DNA of 24,000 nt from Floridaenema flaviceps BLCC-F50 (GCF_041929275.1 NZ_JBHFNR010000053.1), one strand, 5' to 3'; positions 1 through 9,932 are shown, numbered from the stretch's first letter. Translations and numbers: made by a program. Notes: a model not told the origin generated them from the sequence alone.

Positions 1-1231
1 CGGCATGACATTGATGTAATTCACCATTGTAAATATCTTCAATAGCCCGAATTCTACCCTTTTGATAAAGCGGCACATACTTTTCTACAAAGCAATTATC
101 TTGAATCACAATTCCTAAAATTGGCATCCATTCTTCAGCTACCGATTCGACAACAGTTAAACCACTCCAGTCGGGATTAAATCGGTAAATAATGGTGCGA
201 TCGGTTAACAAAAACCGCCTCACTTCTTCTACTGCTGTTTGTAAAACTTCTTCCGAATTTAAAGATTGACGAATCCTTTCCAAAATTGCTGCTAATAACC
301 GCTGTCTTAAAAATTGCTGTTGTAAAGCTGCCTCCGCTTGGCAACGTTCCGTAATATCTATTGCTGTACCAAATAACCGCAACACATAACTAAACTTTCT
401 ATTATTGGGTGATTTATGGTTAGTTTTTAAAGCTTGTCCTTTACCGTTAATATATCTGATTTGACCGTCAGGACGAATAATTCGATGATCGATTTCATAA
501 GTTGTACCCTCATTTAATGCCTTTTCCACAACTTTTAAAAATGCTTCTCGATCGTCGGGATGAATTTGTTGTACAAGTTGCTCAAAACTTGGGGCATGAT
601 TTGGTGTGATTCCATAAATTCGGAATAGTTCATCTGACCAAGTTATAGTTCCTGTAAGTACATCAAATTCCCAATTTCCAATGTGGGCAATTTTTTGAGA
701 CTCTTGGTATTTGCGAGTAAGTTCTAAATTAGCTGCTTCTACTTTTTTGCGATCGCTAATATCTTGATGAGTTCCCGTCATCCGCAAAGGTTTACCCGTT
801 TCATCTCGCTGGAAAACTTTTCCCCGTGACAGTATCCATTTCCACTCCCCTGATTTACTTAACATCCGAAATTCTACTTCGTAAAAATCAATCAAACCTT
901 CTACATGATCGCTTAAAATTTGTAATACTCGCGGCAAATCTTCTGGGTGTACCAGTTTTTCAAAAGCTGCATAATTATTCTCTATTTCTATTTCTTCATA
1001 CCCTAACATTTGCTTCCAGTATGAATTAAAATGTATTTCTCCTGTAGTAATGTTCCAATCCCATAAACCTAAATTGCTAGCAGCGATCGCTAAATTTAAC
1101 TGTTCCTCACTTAGAAATTCATTTTCTTGGCGCTGGCGTTCCACATTGCTCCCCAGTAGTAAAGTAAAGGATTGTAAAGTAATATAACAGACTAAGGTGT
1201 TTAATAATACAATATGGAGCGATCGAACCAT
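1..1231 (-). CDS. Multi-sensor signal transduction protein, N-terminal part (hydrophobic N-terminus, two PAS/PAC domains, start of a GAF domain); the 3' end runs off the left edge
   Basis: Absent from the supplied ORF track because it is open at the window edge. My minus-strand translation from the ATG (complement of 1231-1229) has no stop down to base 1. It reads MVRSLHIVLLNTLVCYITLQSF...LNLAIAASNLGLWDWNITTGEIHFNSYWKQMLGYEE...FRMLSKSGEWKWILSRGKVFQRDETGKPLRMTGTHQDISDRKK (PAS/PAC). A second PAS/PAC follows: IAHIGNWEFDVLTGTITWSDELFRIYG...IIRPDGQIRYINGKGQAL...GTAIDITERCQAE. It then reads ILERIRQSLNSEEVLQTAVEEVRRFLLTDRTIIYRFNPDWSGLTVVESVAEEW, a typical cyanobacterial GAF start. Confidence 0.85.
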   Translation of the reverse strand, partial: MVRSLHIVLLNTLVCYITLQSFTLLLGSNVERQRQENEFLSEEQLNLAIAASNLGLWDWNITTGEIHFNSYWKQMLGYEEIEIENNYAAFEKLVHPEDLPRVLQILSDHVEGLIDFYEVEFRMLSKSGEWKWILSRGKVFQRDETGKPLRMTGTHQDISDRKKVEAANLELTRKYQESQKIAHIGNWEFDVLTGTITWSDELFRIYGITPNHAPSFEQLVQQIHPDDREAFLKVVEKALNEGTTYEIDHRIIRPDGQIRYINGKGQALKTNHKSPNNRKFSYVLRLFGTAIDITERCQAEAALQQQFLRQRLLAAILERIRQSLNSEEVLQTAVEEVRRFLLTDRTIIYRFNPDWSGLTVVESVAEEWMPILGIVIQDNCFVEKYVPLYQKGRIRAIEDIYNGELHQCHA

Positions 1232-1412
1232 TGATTACATCAGATTCGCGCTCACAAACCTATTATTCCCTAATTAACTTCCTAAGTAACATTAAAAAAC
1301 CCAAAAATATTAGGCGATCGGGAAGACTGATTACCTAATATCTATAAGGTTTTATTTGGTGAGAACGCCACAGGAAAAATACGGAAGAGTTCCCTGGCAA
1401 GGAACATAATTC

Positions 1413-3380
1413 TTATCTAGATTTATACCAATTAAAGCGCAACCCTTGATTTCTTAAGTATTGATGTAACTTGGGCATTAGTTTATTAGGAACGATCGCA
1501 GCTGGCGTTAAGTTTGGTTTATTCTGTTTTAAAATCCAACCCGCAGTTGCACCCGCTGCTGCACCAATACTCCACTCACCTTGATGAATCCTAGTTACAC
1601 CATTAACAATATGCGTCACAGCGATCGCCTTACCACCTATTAGTAAATTATCAACACCTTGAGGAATCAAACTTTCCAAAGGAATAATTACAGGTTTAAC
1701 TTTATCTTCCGTCGTTCCAGCACTTTGAGCTTCCCAAGGTTGAACCCAATTGCGATACATACAACCTTGAATATCCACATCATAGTGAGTTACACCAATG
1801 GCAGTCGGTTGAAAATTCCGCCCCCCAGACATATCTTTGCGAATATCTTGTTCTCGCACCATAAAATTAGTTTGTCCGTAAGCTTTTCTGCCAATAATTC
1901 TCCTTCCCTCACGAAAATAAGGCATCATACTCAACCCAGAAAGCGTACCCATAGGCGAATCTTTACCGGACAAATGTGCCAAAGGAAACTTAGAATTAGC
2001 CTTACTTTCTACTTCCATTAACCACTCAGAAAATAACAAAGCCCGATCCTCGCCATGCTTGAGGGCACTCATAGACATTCCACCCATCCAATTTTGATAT
2101 TGCCCAGTTTGAATCAACCTTGTGTCACTCATTATTAAAGGTGGATTCATCAAATTCCAATTATTACCATGAAACCAATTAATTACAGTCATATCTCCGA
2201 AAGATGGAGCATCTTTAAATCTGGGATTACCCTTAGCACTAATAATTCGACGATATTTAAAAAGGCTACGTCCATCAAACATGGGAAACCCAATTAAATC
2301 AAAATGCTCCCGATGTTCTTTGCGCGAAAATATTGGTTCATGTTGGGATAAAGCTGCCCGACTAATGCCGCGATCGTCTTTAATTGCTAAGACAAAAGTA
2401 AAAGTAAAAGCTTGGGTACAATCAGGATTATCTTTAAGTGAAGCATTAACTTCCCCGCTAGTAGTGAATGACTCCGAACCTACACGATGAGGAATTCTCG
2501 CCCATGCTACTAATTCGCCTGTATCTGTAGCATCAATCACCATCAATCTTTTCCCTGGTGGTGCTTCCAGACGAATGGGCACTTTCTCATAAGTATCAGT
2601 ACTTGACCAAGAATACCAAGTATTTAAATCTTCCGAAAGGCGACCGCTAGGTACATAATCGCGATCGCGTGGAATCCGTTTCACTGCATAAATCGCCGTA
2701 ATCAACTTGCCTGTATCATCAAATTCTGCCCCTTTAAAAGCGATTCCCGCCCCCCAACGACTCCCAGGCGCAGACTTAGCAGAGGAATTCAACAATTGTC
2801 GCGCCGCTTGTTCTCCCACCTTTGGCGGAAAACACAACCTTCCCACCCAGCAACTATTAGTATCATCAACAGCCAATTTTTCCTTTTGTTTAGCCCAAGC
2901 AGGCAAAACGATCTTTTGCTGTTCAATCAACTGCTTAAAAGAATTCCAACTACTCGAAAAATTATTCAGCCGGATCATGGTGTCTGATTCATCGATCGCA
3001 GACACACCTTGGGAACTAATCTGTCCCCCAAACCAAGGCGTTAACTCAATCAAGCAAGTCCTCGCCCCAGATTTCATCGCATGGGAAGCCGCCGCCACCC
3101 CACCCAAAGAACCGCCAACCACAACCACTTCACATTGCCAAACCTCTTTCGCCGCAGGTAAAGGATCGAGTCGCGGTCTACCATTAGGTAGCAGCGATAA
3201 AGTCCGAGAAGAATTTTCTTTTTCCGGTTGCTGTTCTGAGTCAGCAAAAAAAGAATTCCACAACGCCAACAAAGGGCGATCGTTGTAATTAGCGGAAGCA
3301 AAAGCTAAACCGACCCCAACCAAAGAACCGCAAATCGATACTCCCCAAATTAATTGCCGAAATGAACGAGGCTTCCACAT
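1413..3380 (-). CDS. FAD-dependent oxidoreductase with an N-terminal signal/anchor helix
   Basis: 655-aa ORF. It has a hydrophobic N-terminus (LIWGVSICGSLVGVGLAFASA). A dinucleotide-binding motif follows: VVVVGGSLGGVAAASHAMKSGARTCLIELTPWFGGQ. The C-terminus (LIGGKAIAVTHIVNGVTRIHQGEWSIGAAAGATAG) is typical of the FAD_oxidored-type family. Confidence 0.75.
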   Translation of the reverse strand: MWKPRSFRQLIWGVSICGSLVGVGLAFASANYNDRPLLALWNSFFADSEQQPEKENSSRTLSLLPNGRPRLDPLPAAKEVWQCEVVVVGGSLGGVAAASHAMKSGARTCLIELTPWFGGQISSQGVSAIDESDTMIRLNNFSSSWNSFKQLIEQQKIVLPAWAKQKEKLAVDDTNSCWVGRLCFPPKVGEQAARQLLNSSAKSAPGSRWGAGIAFKGAEFDDTGKLITAIYAVKRIPRDRDYVPSGRLSEDLNTWYSWSSTDTYEKVPIRLEAPPGKRLMVIDATDTGELVAWARIPHRVGSESFTTSGEVNASLKDNPDCTQAFTFTFVLAIKDDRGISRAALSQHEPIFSRKEHREHFDLIGFPMFDGRSLFKYRRIISAKGNPRFKDAPSFGDMTVINWFHGNNWNLMNPPLIMSDTRLIQTGQYQNWMGGMSMSALKHGEDRALLFSEWLMEVESKANSKFPLAHLSGKDSPMGTLSGLSMMPYFREGRRIIGRKAYGQTNFMVREQDIRKDMSGGRNFQPTAIGVTHYDVDIQGCMYRNWVQPWEAQSAGTTEDKVKPVIIPLESLIPQGVDNLLIGGKAIAVTHIVNGVTRIHQGEWSIGAAAGATAGWILKQNKPNLTPAAIVPNKLMPKLHQYLRNQGLRFNWYKSR

Positions 3381-3558
3381 GGATTTAGTTGCAAAGAGTA
3401 AAGTGTGAGAGAGTCCGTCAGCATACCCGAACTATTATCCATTTCCCACAGCCTGACTTCGGGATTTATCACCGGAGATCAGCCAAAGGCGAGGAAATTC
3501 GGGCATTCGACTTTACCAATTAAAAATATACTCTTGTTAAATGTCAATTTTTTGCCCC

Positions 3559-3599
3559 TTCACCTAGTTGGGTGATAATAATTCACCTGGTTTGGTGAA
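3559..3599. promoter_or_regulatory. Two tandem 18-bp palindromes TTCACC-N6-GGTGA(A) in a divergent promoter region; candidate operator pair
   Basis: Site 1 is cTTCACCtagttgGGTGAt (3559-3576). Site 2 is TTCACCtggtttGGTGAA (3582-3599). Centres are 23 bp apart. Site 2 sits where a -35 box would be for a TATAGT -10-like hexamer at 3607-3612, upstream of the ATG at 3702. The binding factor is unknown. Confidence 0.3.
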
Positions 3600-3701
3600 G
3601 ACTAAGTATAGTCACAAATATTACTTTAAAAGTACGGCTAGGTAAAACATTCTCTTACTTTTTCCTTTACCGATTCAGACTAACTACCCCGGAGAGCCAA
3701 G

Positions 3702-4262
3702 ATGTCAGGGAAAGACGCTTATTGCACTGTCAAGCTGTTAATGCGAAAACATATTAAGTCCGTTAAGGATCATCCTCATCTGTTAGTGGAGCAAAAAGAC
3801 AAGTACGTTAACTTATTATGGACTTATAATTTTTTGAGTACCCTGTTACGTAAGAATGAAGAATTTATCGCTTTGTGTATAGATGAATTTAATAGCCGAA
3901 GTCTGCATCATTCTTCCCCAAATGCCAGTTTTGATGAAGTAAAGTTTTTGTCTGAACCTGATGCCGTTCCCTATTGGGAAATTGTTCGCGATATTGATTT
4001 GGGTATACTGAACGGTTATCTAGATTATTGGAATTTAATCGAAGAATTAATTATCACCGATAAGGCTAACGAAGAAGATGTAAACAAGCATTTTAAAGTA
4101 TTAAAATATATTTTAAATGAAGTGATAGCTTCTGACTGTTTTAGCGAACGGTACAAAGGAAGACTTGAGGAAAGATATATTCAACTTTGGGATAAGCGTT
4201 TGTTTTTTGCAGCACAGAGTAAGTTAGCCGCCCTAGCAGCAAATCTTTCTAATAGTCAATAA
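3702..4262 (+). CDS. Hypothetical protein (predicted mostly alpha-helical, no recognisable motif)
   Basis: 186-aa ORF with an ATG start preceded by ccggagagccaag. No transmembrane segment or catalytic motif recognised by eye. Confidence 0.55.
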   Translation: MSGKDAYCTVKLLMRKHIKSVKDHPHLLVEQKDKYVNLLWTYNFLSTLLRKNEEFIALCIDEFNSRSLHHSSPNASFDEVKFLSEPDAVPYWEIVRDIDLGILNGYLDYWNLIEELIITDKANEEDVNKHFKVLKYILNEVIASDCFSERYKGRLEERYIQLWDKRLFFAAQSKLAALAANLSNSQ

Positions 4263-4271
4263 TGCCTTTTT

Positions 4272-4721
4272 TTGGAGCAACTACTCACTGGAAAAATTTC
4301 TGATTCATTAAACTTTAGGAAATTAGGTTCTATGGAATACGTTTACTATTTCGCCAATGCTAGTTTAACCCTGCGAGTTATAGAATACTTGAATTCTCGA
4401 CCCTGGTTAGCAATTAATTTTATTACCGTGATTCATGACTTAGATGGCTGGGTAGTTAAAATCAAATTTTTGGGGCATTTAAACTCAGAAGAAGAAGGGG
4501 ATTTTCGGGCTGTCTTAGATGAATTTGGGATTTCTTATCAACCGGAAATTCAAGTTAAAATGGCAATGTGGGCTTTGGAAATTGGAAAATCTCCCCTCTA
4601 TGTAATTGCCAATTATCAGGTAGCTGTAGTTGCTCACGGTAGCCCAAATACGGCAGAAATTGAAGAGTTTTGTAATCAATTTATTGAAGATTTAGGCTAC
4701 TCTCCTCAAACACTTCTGTAA
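4272..4721 (+). CDS. Hypothetical protein; start uncertain (TTG 4272 or ATG 4332)
   Basis: The ORF lies 9 nt after the previous stop on the same strand. The in-frame ATG at 4332 (MEYVYYFANASL...) has aggaaattagg upstream and is the more conventional start. No family recognised. Confidence 0.5.
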   Translation: MEQLLTGKISDSLNFRKLGSMEYVYYFANASLTLRVIEYLNSRPWLAINFITVIHDLDGWVVKIKFLGHLNSEEEGDFRAVLDEFGISYQPEIQVKMAMWALEIGKSPLYVIANYQVAVVAHGSPNTAEIEEFCNQFIEDLGYSPQTLL

Positions 4722-4736
4722 AATTTGTTCATGTAA

Positions 4737-5342
4737 TTACTTACACTTTATAGAATTTAAAACAGCTAATGCTTTTTGTTTGGCATTTTTACCGATCGCT
4801 TGTACTTCTACAATTAGTCTTTGATCGTTGACAATGGTACTAGCAGTAAATTGTATTGCTGGTATATTGGAAGATTTATCTTCTAAGGTGTAATTGCCTT
4901 GTTCAATGGTGACATCGATCGGTTCACCGCAAAATTTCATGTTTTGGCTATAGGAAGAAACAACTTCAAATTCTGTTGGTGTTGGTTGCAGCGGAGTTGT
5001 GAGTCTTTCTATGTCTTCTTGGTTTTGAGTATCGCGGTTTAAAGGTGTTTGCATCACAAATATTTCCACATCAGGCGGTGAGGTTTTGCTTTGAACTTTG
5101 GCAAGTTTAATTCCGGCAAATTTGATGCCGTATTCCCCTTGAGAACCACCCGGAATGCGATAATCAATAATGCTTTTTGCTACTGCTTCGGCTCGTTTGG
5201 GATCTAGGGCGTTATTATAAGCTTTTATGCCTAATCCAATGATACCTGTAGTGACTAGGGCGATCGCACCCCCAATAATCATCACCCAATCTAACAACTT
5301 AACTTTATCTAGTTGACTTGGTGTTAACGGCTCATTGTTCAT
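4737..5342 (-). CDS. Hypothetical membrane-anchored protein (single N-terminal TM helix, extracytoplasmic domain)
   Basis: 201-aa ORF with a TM helix (LLDWVMIIGGAIALVTTGIIGLGI). It starts 24 nt downstream of the P-type ATPase stop on the same strand, so it is probably co-transcribed. Confidence 0.6.
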   Translation of the reverse strand: MNNEPLTPSQLDKVKLLDWVMIIGGAIALVTTGIIGLGIKAYNNALDPKRAEAVAKSIIDYRIPGGSQGEYGIKFAGIKLAKVQSKTSPPDVEIFVMQTPLNRDTQNQEDIERLTTPLQPTPTEFEVVSSYSQNMKFCGEPIDVTIEQGNYTLEDKSSNIPAIQFTASTIVNDQRLIVEVQAIGKNAKQKALAVLNSIKCK

Positions 5343-5366
5343 TATTAATTAATTACCTATAACTTC

Positions 5367-7853
5367 CTAATACAAATCTATACCCAAAAACTTATCCAAA
5401 AATCTGGTTCGCCACATAAATCTTACTATCACACACCATTCTAATGCTACAAAACCCATAAACAAATAATCAAGAATTCCAAAATGCCAAAGTTCAAAAA
5501 ATTTCCGTAAAGGCGGCACAGATATTATTACAATATATACTATTAGTAAACCTAAAGCAGTGATTGTATATCGCCAATCACCACTTAGTCTTTCCCCGCC
5601 CACCCAAGCGTTAGTAGGTGGTTTCAAAAAGAGAATGAGGAACAATTGGCATAAAATTAAAATTGTTGCTAAAGCACTGCGGGGAATCGAATAATCAACT
5701 TCGGAGATCTCGGCACCAGGCGGTAAATCTAAAACAGCCCATACTAAATAATATAAATAAACTAACAGAGCAGTTAAGGTAATTGTTATAGTAGCCGGAA
5801 TAGTAAAATGCAGCATTGACTGTACCATACTCCGCCTTGGGAAAATTCCAGGTTTTGCCCAAATGGGAATGCAAATTGTGGGTAATCCGACACCAATTAA
5901 GGAAACTAAAGCACTTTGTTTATTTTCCAAGGGGAAGCTATCAGTAACAATCGCTGTGGCAAAAATTAGTAAAGTCACACAAAATACCCGTACTAAAAAC
6001 AATTTTAAAACATCAAAAATGCCATTGCGAATCCGTTGTCCTTCCAAAAAGGTATAAGGTAAAACGCCAAAAGAATCTTTGAGTAATACAATATCAGCTA
6101 TGCCCCTAGTGGCTTTACTACCGCTTTCCATTGCGATCGCTAAATTTGCCCTTTTTAAGGAAAGCACATCATTTACCCCATCCCCAATCATGGCTACATA
6201 GTGTCCAGTTTTTCGCAAACTCTCGACTAATTTAGCTTTTTGTTCGGGAGTAATCCGACCAAAAATTGTGCTATTTTTTGCAGTTTGGGTAAATTCAATT
6301 GGGCTCATTTGCTCTAATTCTTGTCCCGAAACTACTGCTAAATCATTCCCTAAACCCGCTTGTTTTGCTAATGCTGCTACAGTTTGGGGATGATCGCCAG
6401 AAATAATTTTAATTTCAATTCCAGCTTTAGCAAAACCCTGAATAGTTTCGTAAGCTTCGGGGCGCAATCGATCGCTAAAACTAATTACTGCTAACGGAAT
6501 TAAATTTGCTGGTAATTCTACCTCGGTTGGTTGATTATTTGTTTCCGAATGCCAATTTTCTACGGCGACAATATCGGCACTATAAGCAAATAAAACAACT
6601 CGTAAACCTTTGTTAGTTTCGGCGGCAATATATTTACTTATTTCGGGATTTAAATCGAGATTTTTTGCCAGAACTTCCGGTGCGCCTAAAACATAAATAC
6701 TTGGTTTTAATGTGTCAGCAAAGGCGATCGCACTCCATTTACGACTAGAAGAAAAAGGTACTTCAGAAAAGAGCGATCGCTCTTTTCCCGGACAAGCTAA
6801 ACCAAGGGCATCACTAGTTTTATTTCCCACTTTAGTAGCAGCGGCAAAATCTCCTAAAAGCGATCGTAATTCCCCTTCATCAATATCTAAAGGATAAATC
6901 CTTTCTAAATTAATTTCATTAGTTGTTAAAGTCCCCGTTTTATCCAAACAAAGCACATCTACATTACTCAAAGATTCCACCGCATTCGCTTGCTGAATCA
7001 ACACATTCTGCCCGATCATTTTCACCGCACCTAAGCCATAAGCCAAAGTAATTGCTAACAACAACCCTGCTGGTACTAACCCCGCAATTACCGCAGCCCT
7101 TTGCAACAAATCCGATAAAGAATAGGAACGACTCAGAAAACTAATACTAACTAAAATCCAGAGAAAGCAAGCAATTAACATAAAAACTCGAATTACTACA
7201 TTAATTTCTCTCTGGAGAGGTGTTAAAACCTGACGAAAAGCTCTCGCACCAGTTGTTAATTGATAAGCTAATGTTTCTGTTCCCACCTTTTGCACTTCAC
7301 AGCAAGCACTACCACTAACACAGAAACTCCCAGAAAAAACTGATTCTCCGGCAAATTTCCGAATCATATCTGATTCACCAGTTAGCAAAGATTCATCAAC
7401 CTCCATGATACCTTCGCCAACTACCACGCCATCGACAACAATTTGATCTCCCGCTCTAACTAGTAGGATATCTCCCAAAACAATCTCTGCCGGATCGATG
7501 TTCTTTTCTTGACTTTCGCGAAGTACAGTAACTTTTGGTCGGTTAAGTAAAGCAATTTCATCTAACTTTCTTTTTGCCCAAATTTCCTGGCAAATATTAA
7601 TTAATATTCCCCCCAAAATTACCACTACTACCAGGATGCTATCGCCAATTCTACCTAATAAGAAAAATACTGCACTAATCGCAAAGAAAATCCAATTAAT
7701 AAAAGTGAAAAGGTTTTCTTGAAGAATTTGTTTATAAGAACGGCTGGTCTGTAGTTTAACATTATTACCTTGTCCGGCAGCGCGGCGAGCGATCGCTTCA
7801 CTCTCAGTTAGTCCGGTTAAACCATAAGTTTGGGAAATATTTGCTTGGGTCAT
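5367..7853 (-). CDS. Cation-translocating P-type ATPase (P2-like, HAD-IC family)
   Basis: 828 aa. It carries the actuator motif LLTGESD, the phosphorylation site CLDKTGTLTTN, and the hinge GDGVNDVLSLKRANLAIAMESGS. The TM4 motif is VPAGLL (the PEGL type, not the heavy-metal CPC type). Confidence 0.9.
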   Translation of the reverse strand: MTQANISQTYGLTGLTESEAIARRAAGQGNNVKLQTSRSYKQILQENLFTFINWIFFAISAVFFLLGRIGDSILVVVVILGGILINICQEIWAKRKLDEIALLNRPKVTVLRESQEKNIDPAEIVLGDILLVRAGDQIVVDGVVVGEGIMEVDESLLTGESDMIRKFAGESVFSGSFCVSGSACCEVQKVGTETLAYQLTTGARAFRQVLTPLQREINVVIRVFMLIACFLWILVSISFLSRSYSLSDLLQRAAVIAGLVPAGLLLAITLAYGLGAVKMIGQNVLIQQANAVESLSNVDVLCLDKTGTLTTNEINLERIYPLDIDEGELRSLLGDFAAATKVGNKTSDALGLACPGKERSLFSEVPFSSSRKWSAIAFADTLKPSIYVLGAPEVLAKNLDLNPEISKYIAAETNKGLRVVLFAYSADIVAVENWHSETNNQPTEVELPANLIPLAVISFSDRLRPEAYETIQGFAKAGIEIKIISGDHPQTVAALAKQAGLGNDLAVVSGQELEQMSPIEFTQTAKNSTIFGRITPEQKAKLVESLRKTGHYVAMIGDGVNDVLSLKRANLAIAMESGSKATRGIADIVLLKDSFGVLPYTFLEGQRIRNGIFDVLKLFLVRVFCVTLLIFATAIVTDSFPLENKQSALVSLIGVGLPTICIPIWAKPGIFPRRSMVQSMLHFTIPATITITLTALLVYLYYLVWAVLDLPPGAEISEVDYSIPRSALATILILCQLFLILFLKPPTNAWVGGERLSGDWRYTITALGLLIVYIVIISVPPLRKFFELWHFGILDYLFMGFVALEWCVIVRFMWRTRFLDKFLGIDLY

Positions 7854-8245
7854 ACAATGTAATAAATAATACTGAGCAAAATCTTACTACTACAAGCGAT
7901 CGGCTTACGCCCAATCGCGTTCCAGCTACTATTGCGGCAAAGCGGTAAACTAATCTATGATATCTCAAACTACGAATAAACTATTGCAGCAAGGTAGAAA
8001 TAACGATACAGTTAAAAACAAGTAAAACAGGTAATAACAAACCTTCTTTCTTGGTCGCCTTCTGCCAAGTGGTACTAATTACAGCCATAATAGTGACGAT
8101 TACTACAAATTTCTCGGCTGGGTTAGTCAGGCAAATTAACAGATAAAAAAAAGAATTAATTTCTGACTTAAATTGGCAAACAGACAAAACAATAAACCCT
8201 TTCACCTGCTAGGAAAGGGTTAGTTACAGCCGATGGATTTTTAAC

Positions 8246-8566
8246 TTATTCAACAGAAACTGCTTTTACTTCCACTACTGTATCATCAACACTTTTGTTA
8301 CCTTCAGCAGCGTTATCAGCAACTTCGCTAGGTTGTTGACCTTGGCGCAATTTGACATAATCGATGAAGATCTGAGATACTTCTGAAACTAACAGCGCAG
8401 TAATTGCGGCATCATCAATCCATCCCACGATCGGTATAAAGTCAGGAGCAATATCTATTGGGCTAAACAAATAAGCTAAAGTTCCTAAAACTAACCACCA
8501 GCGATATTTAGGATTACGAATTGTGCCGCGATACCAGTTGTAAAATGGTTGAATTAAATTTTTCAT
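8246..8566 (-). CDS. DUF1232 (YkvA-family) small membrane protein
   Basis: 106 aa with the signature LFSPIDIAPDFIPIVGWIDDAAITALL, characteristic of DUF1232. Confidence 0.7.
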   Translation of the reverse strand: MKNLIQPFYNWYRGTIRNPKYRWWLVLGTLAYLFSPIDIAPDFIPIVGWIDDAAITALLVSEVSQIFIDYVKLRQGQQPSEVADNAAEGNKSVDDTVVEVKAVSVE

Positions 8567-8812
8567 TGTTATTTACCCTCCAGCTACTTTCATTGTGGCA
8601 AAAGCCACATTAAGAGACTGGTGTGGATATCCGGCATCAGGTTTTGTTGCCCTTTTTAAAAGATTTCATCAGATTTTCTCAAATTATTTCAGGTAATAAC
8701 CGTCATTGCTGCTCCTTATTTCTTTAAAATTTAAGTTGCCTAAGACTCGTTACCAGCGACCTGGGCGACAGAACTTTATGCAAAGAGGTAAGTACGGAGG
8801 AAACCCAAGACT

Positions 8813-9916
8813 GTGAACATCATAGAAATTTTCCAATTAGGTGGGCCTGCAATGTGGCCTTTGCTAGGTCTGTCGATCCTGTCATTGACCGTGATCCTGG
8901 AGCGTCTGTGGTTCTGGGCAAGAATTCTCAGCAAGGAAAGGGAGATCGTTAACCGAGTTTTAGATGCGGCGGTGCAGGACTGGGAGGCGGCGACGGAAAT
9001 TGCCAGACGTGCGACCAATAAGCCAATAGGTAGATTTCTCTATGCGCCGTTGCGTTTGGGTCAACCCGATCCAGAGTTGTTTAAGCTAGCGCTGGAAAGT
9101 ACAGCCCATGAAGAGTTAAACTCGATGCGCGGTGGCGACAAAATTTTAGAAGGGATTATTGGTTTAGCGCCCTTGCTGGGTTTGTTTGGTACGGTTTGGG
9201 GTTTAATTGTTTCGTTGCGATCGATTCGGATTAGCGATTTAGGAACACCTTCTACTAGTGGGGTAACTTTGGGAATTGGGGAAGCTTTGATTAGTACAGC
9301 TTCTGGGTTGGTAGTGGCGATCGTTACTTTAGCTTTCTACCGTTTGTTTCAAGTTTTGCTATTTAACCAGATGAAAATTTTTCATCGATCTGGTAGCGAA
9401 TTAGAGTTGCTTTATCGTCAGTATTGGTCACAAGCTAGTTCAGGTTCAGGTCGGAAGAACAAAAAGAGAAGTAAACCACCACAAGAACCAGTAATTAAAC
9501 CAGAAGAAGAAAGCGTTTCTCCTCCAAGAAACAGAGATTTTGCTCAAAGTGAATCAACAACTCAAATCCAGCCCCAAACCATTGTGCAAACTCCAGAAAT
9601 AGATTCGTCTGTGGCACAAACAGAAACTTCAATAGAGGAAACTCATCCAACTGCTCCCGGTAAAACTGGTTTATTTCAACGGTTGCGAAATCGGATAAAC
9701 AAGAATAATTCTGAGGTAAAAGAAAGCAATTTCACAGAAACACCGGAAACATCAACCATTTCCGATAATCATACAGATGCCACCAATGTAGCCAATGTAA
9801 AAGAAGAATCAACGACTTCAGAAGATGTCAATGTAGAAGACGATCGTGCAGATGCTAATAAAAGCAACTTTTCTTCCACTTCAGACCCGATAGTAGAAGA
9901 CATTAAAAAAGATTAA
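8813..9916 (+). CDS. exbB: MotA/TolQ/ExbB proton-channel family protein with a roughly 160-aa low-complexity acidic C-terminal extension
   Basis: The N-terminus ([26 protein letters not shown]) and the core motifs [18 protein letters not shown] and [23 protein letters not shown] match the ExbB/TolQ family. A GTG start is inferred. The tail from about residue 205 is rich in S/T/E/P/N/Q. Confidence 0.8.
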   Translation: MNIIEIFQLGGPAMWPLLGLSILSLTVILERLWFWARILSKEREIVNRVLDAAVQDWEAATEIARRATNKPIGRFLYAPLRLGQPDPELFKLALESTAHEELNSMRGGDKILEGIIGLAPLLGLFGTVWGLIVSLRSIRISDLGTPSTSGVTLGIGEALISTASGLVVAIVTLAFYRLFQVLLFNQMKIFHRSGSELELLYRQYWSQASSGSGRKNKKRSKPPQEPVIKPEEESVSPPRNRDFAQSESTTQIQPQTIVQTPEIDSSVAQTETSIEETHPTAPGKTGLFQRLRNRINKNNSEVKESNFTETPETSTISDNHTDATNVANVKEESTTSEDVNVEDDRADANKSNFSSTSDPIVEDIKKD

Positions 9917-9932
9917 ATTCGCTAAAAATTTG

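Noticed and set aside
826-1029. 67-aa plus-strand ORF
   Set aside because: It is antisense to the PAS-domain coding sequence, which is continuous and motif-rich on the minus strand.
1659-3301. Plus- and minus-strand ORFs inside the FAD oxidoreductase gene (1659-2021, 2281-2490, 2707-3288, 2796-2987, 3074-3301)
   Set aside because: They are embedded in or antisense to a 655-aa ORF with clear family motifs. Their sequences are low-complexity and unrecognisable.
5863-6897. Plus-strand ORFs 5863-6057 and 6712-6897
   Set aside because: They are antisense to the P-type ATPase gene.
7981-8205. 74-aa minus-strand ORF between DUF1232 and the ATPase
   Set aside because: It is hydrophobic and T-rich-codon driven, with no convincing ribosome-binding site or motif. 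It could hide a short membrane peptide (an internal ATG gives MAVISTTWQKATKKEGLLLPVLLVFNCIVISTLLQ), but I cannot support that from sequence alone.
8567-8812. A Fur box upstream of exbB
   Set aside because: Only loose AT-rich resemblance (aattatttcaggtaataac) is present, with no convincing 19-bp Fur consensus.
8776-9018. 80-aa minus-strand ORF overlapping the exbB start
   Set aside because: It is antisense to the well-supported exbB N-terminus.
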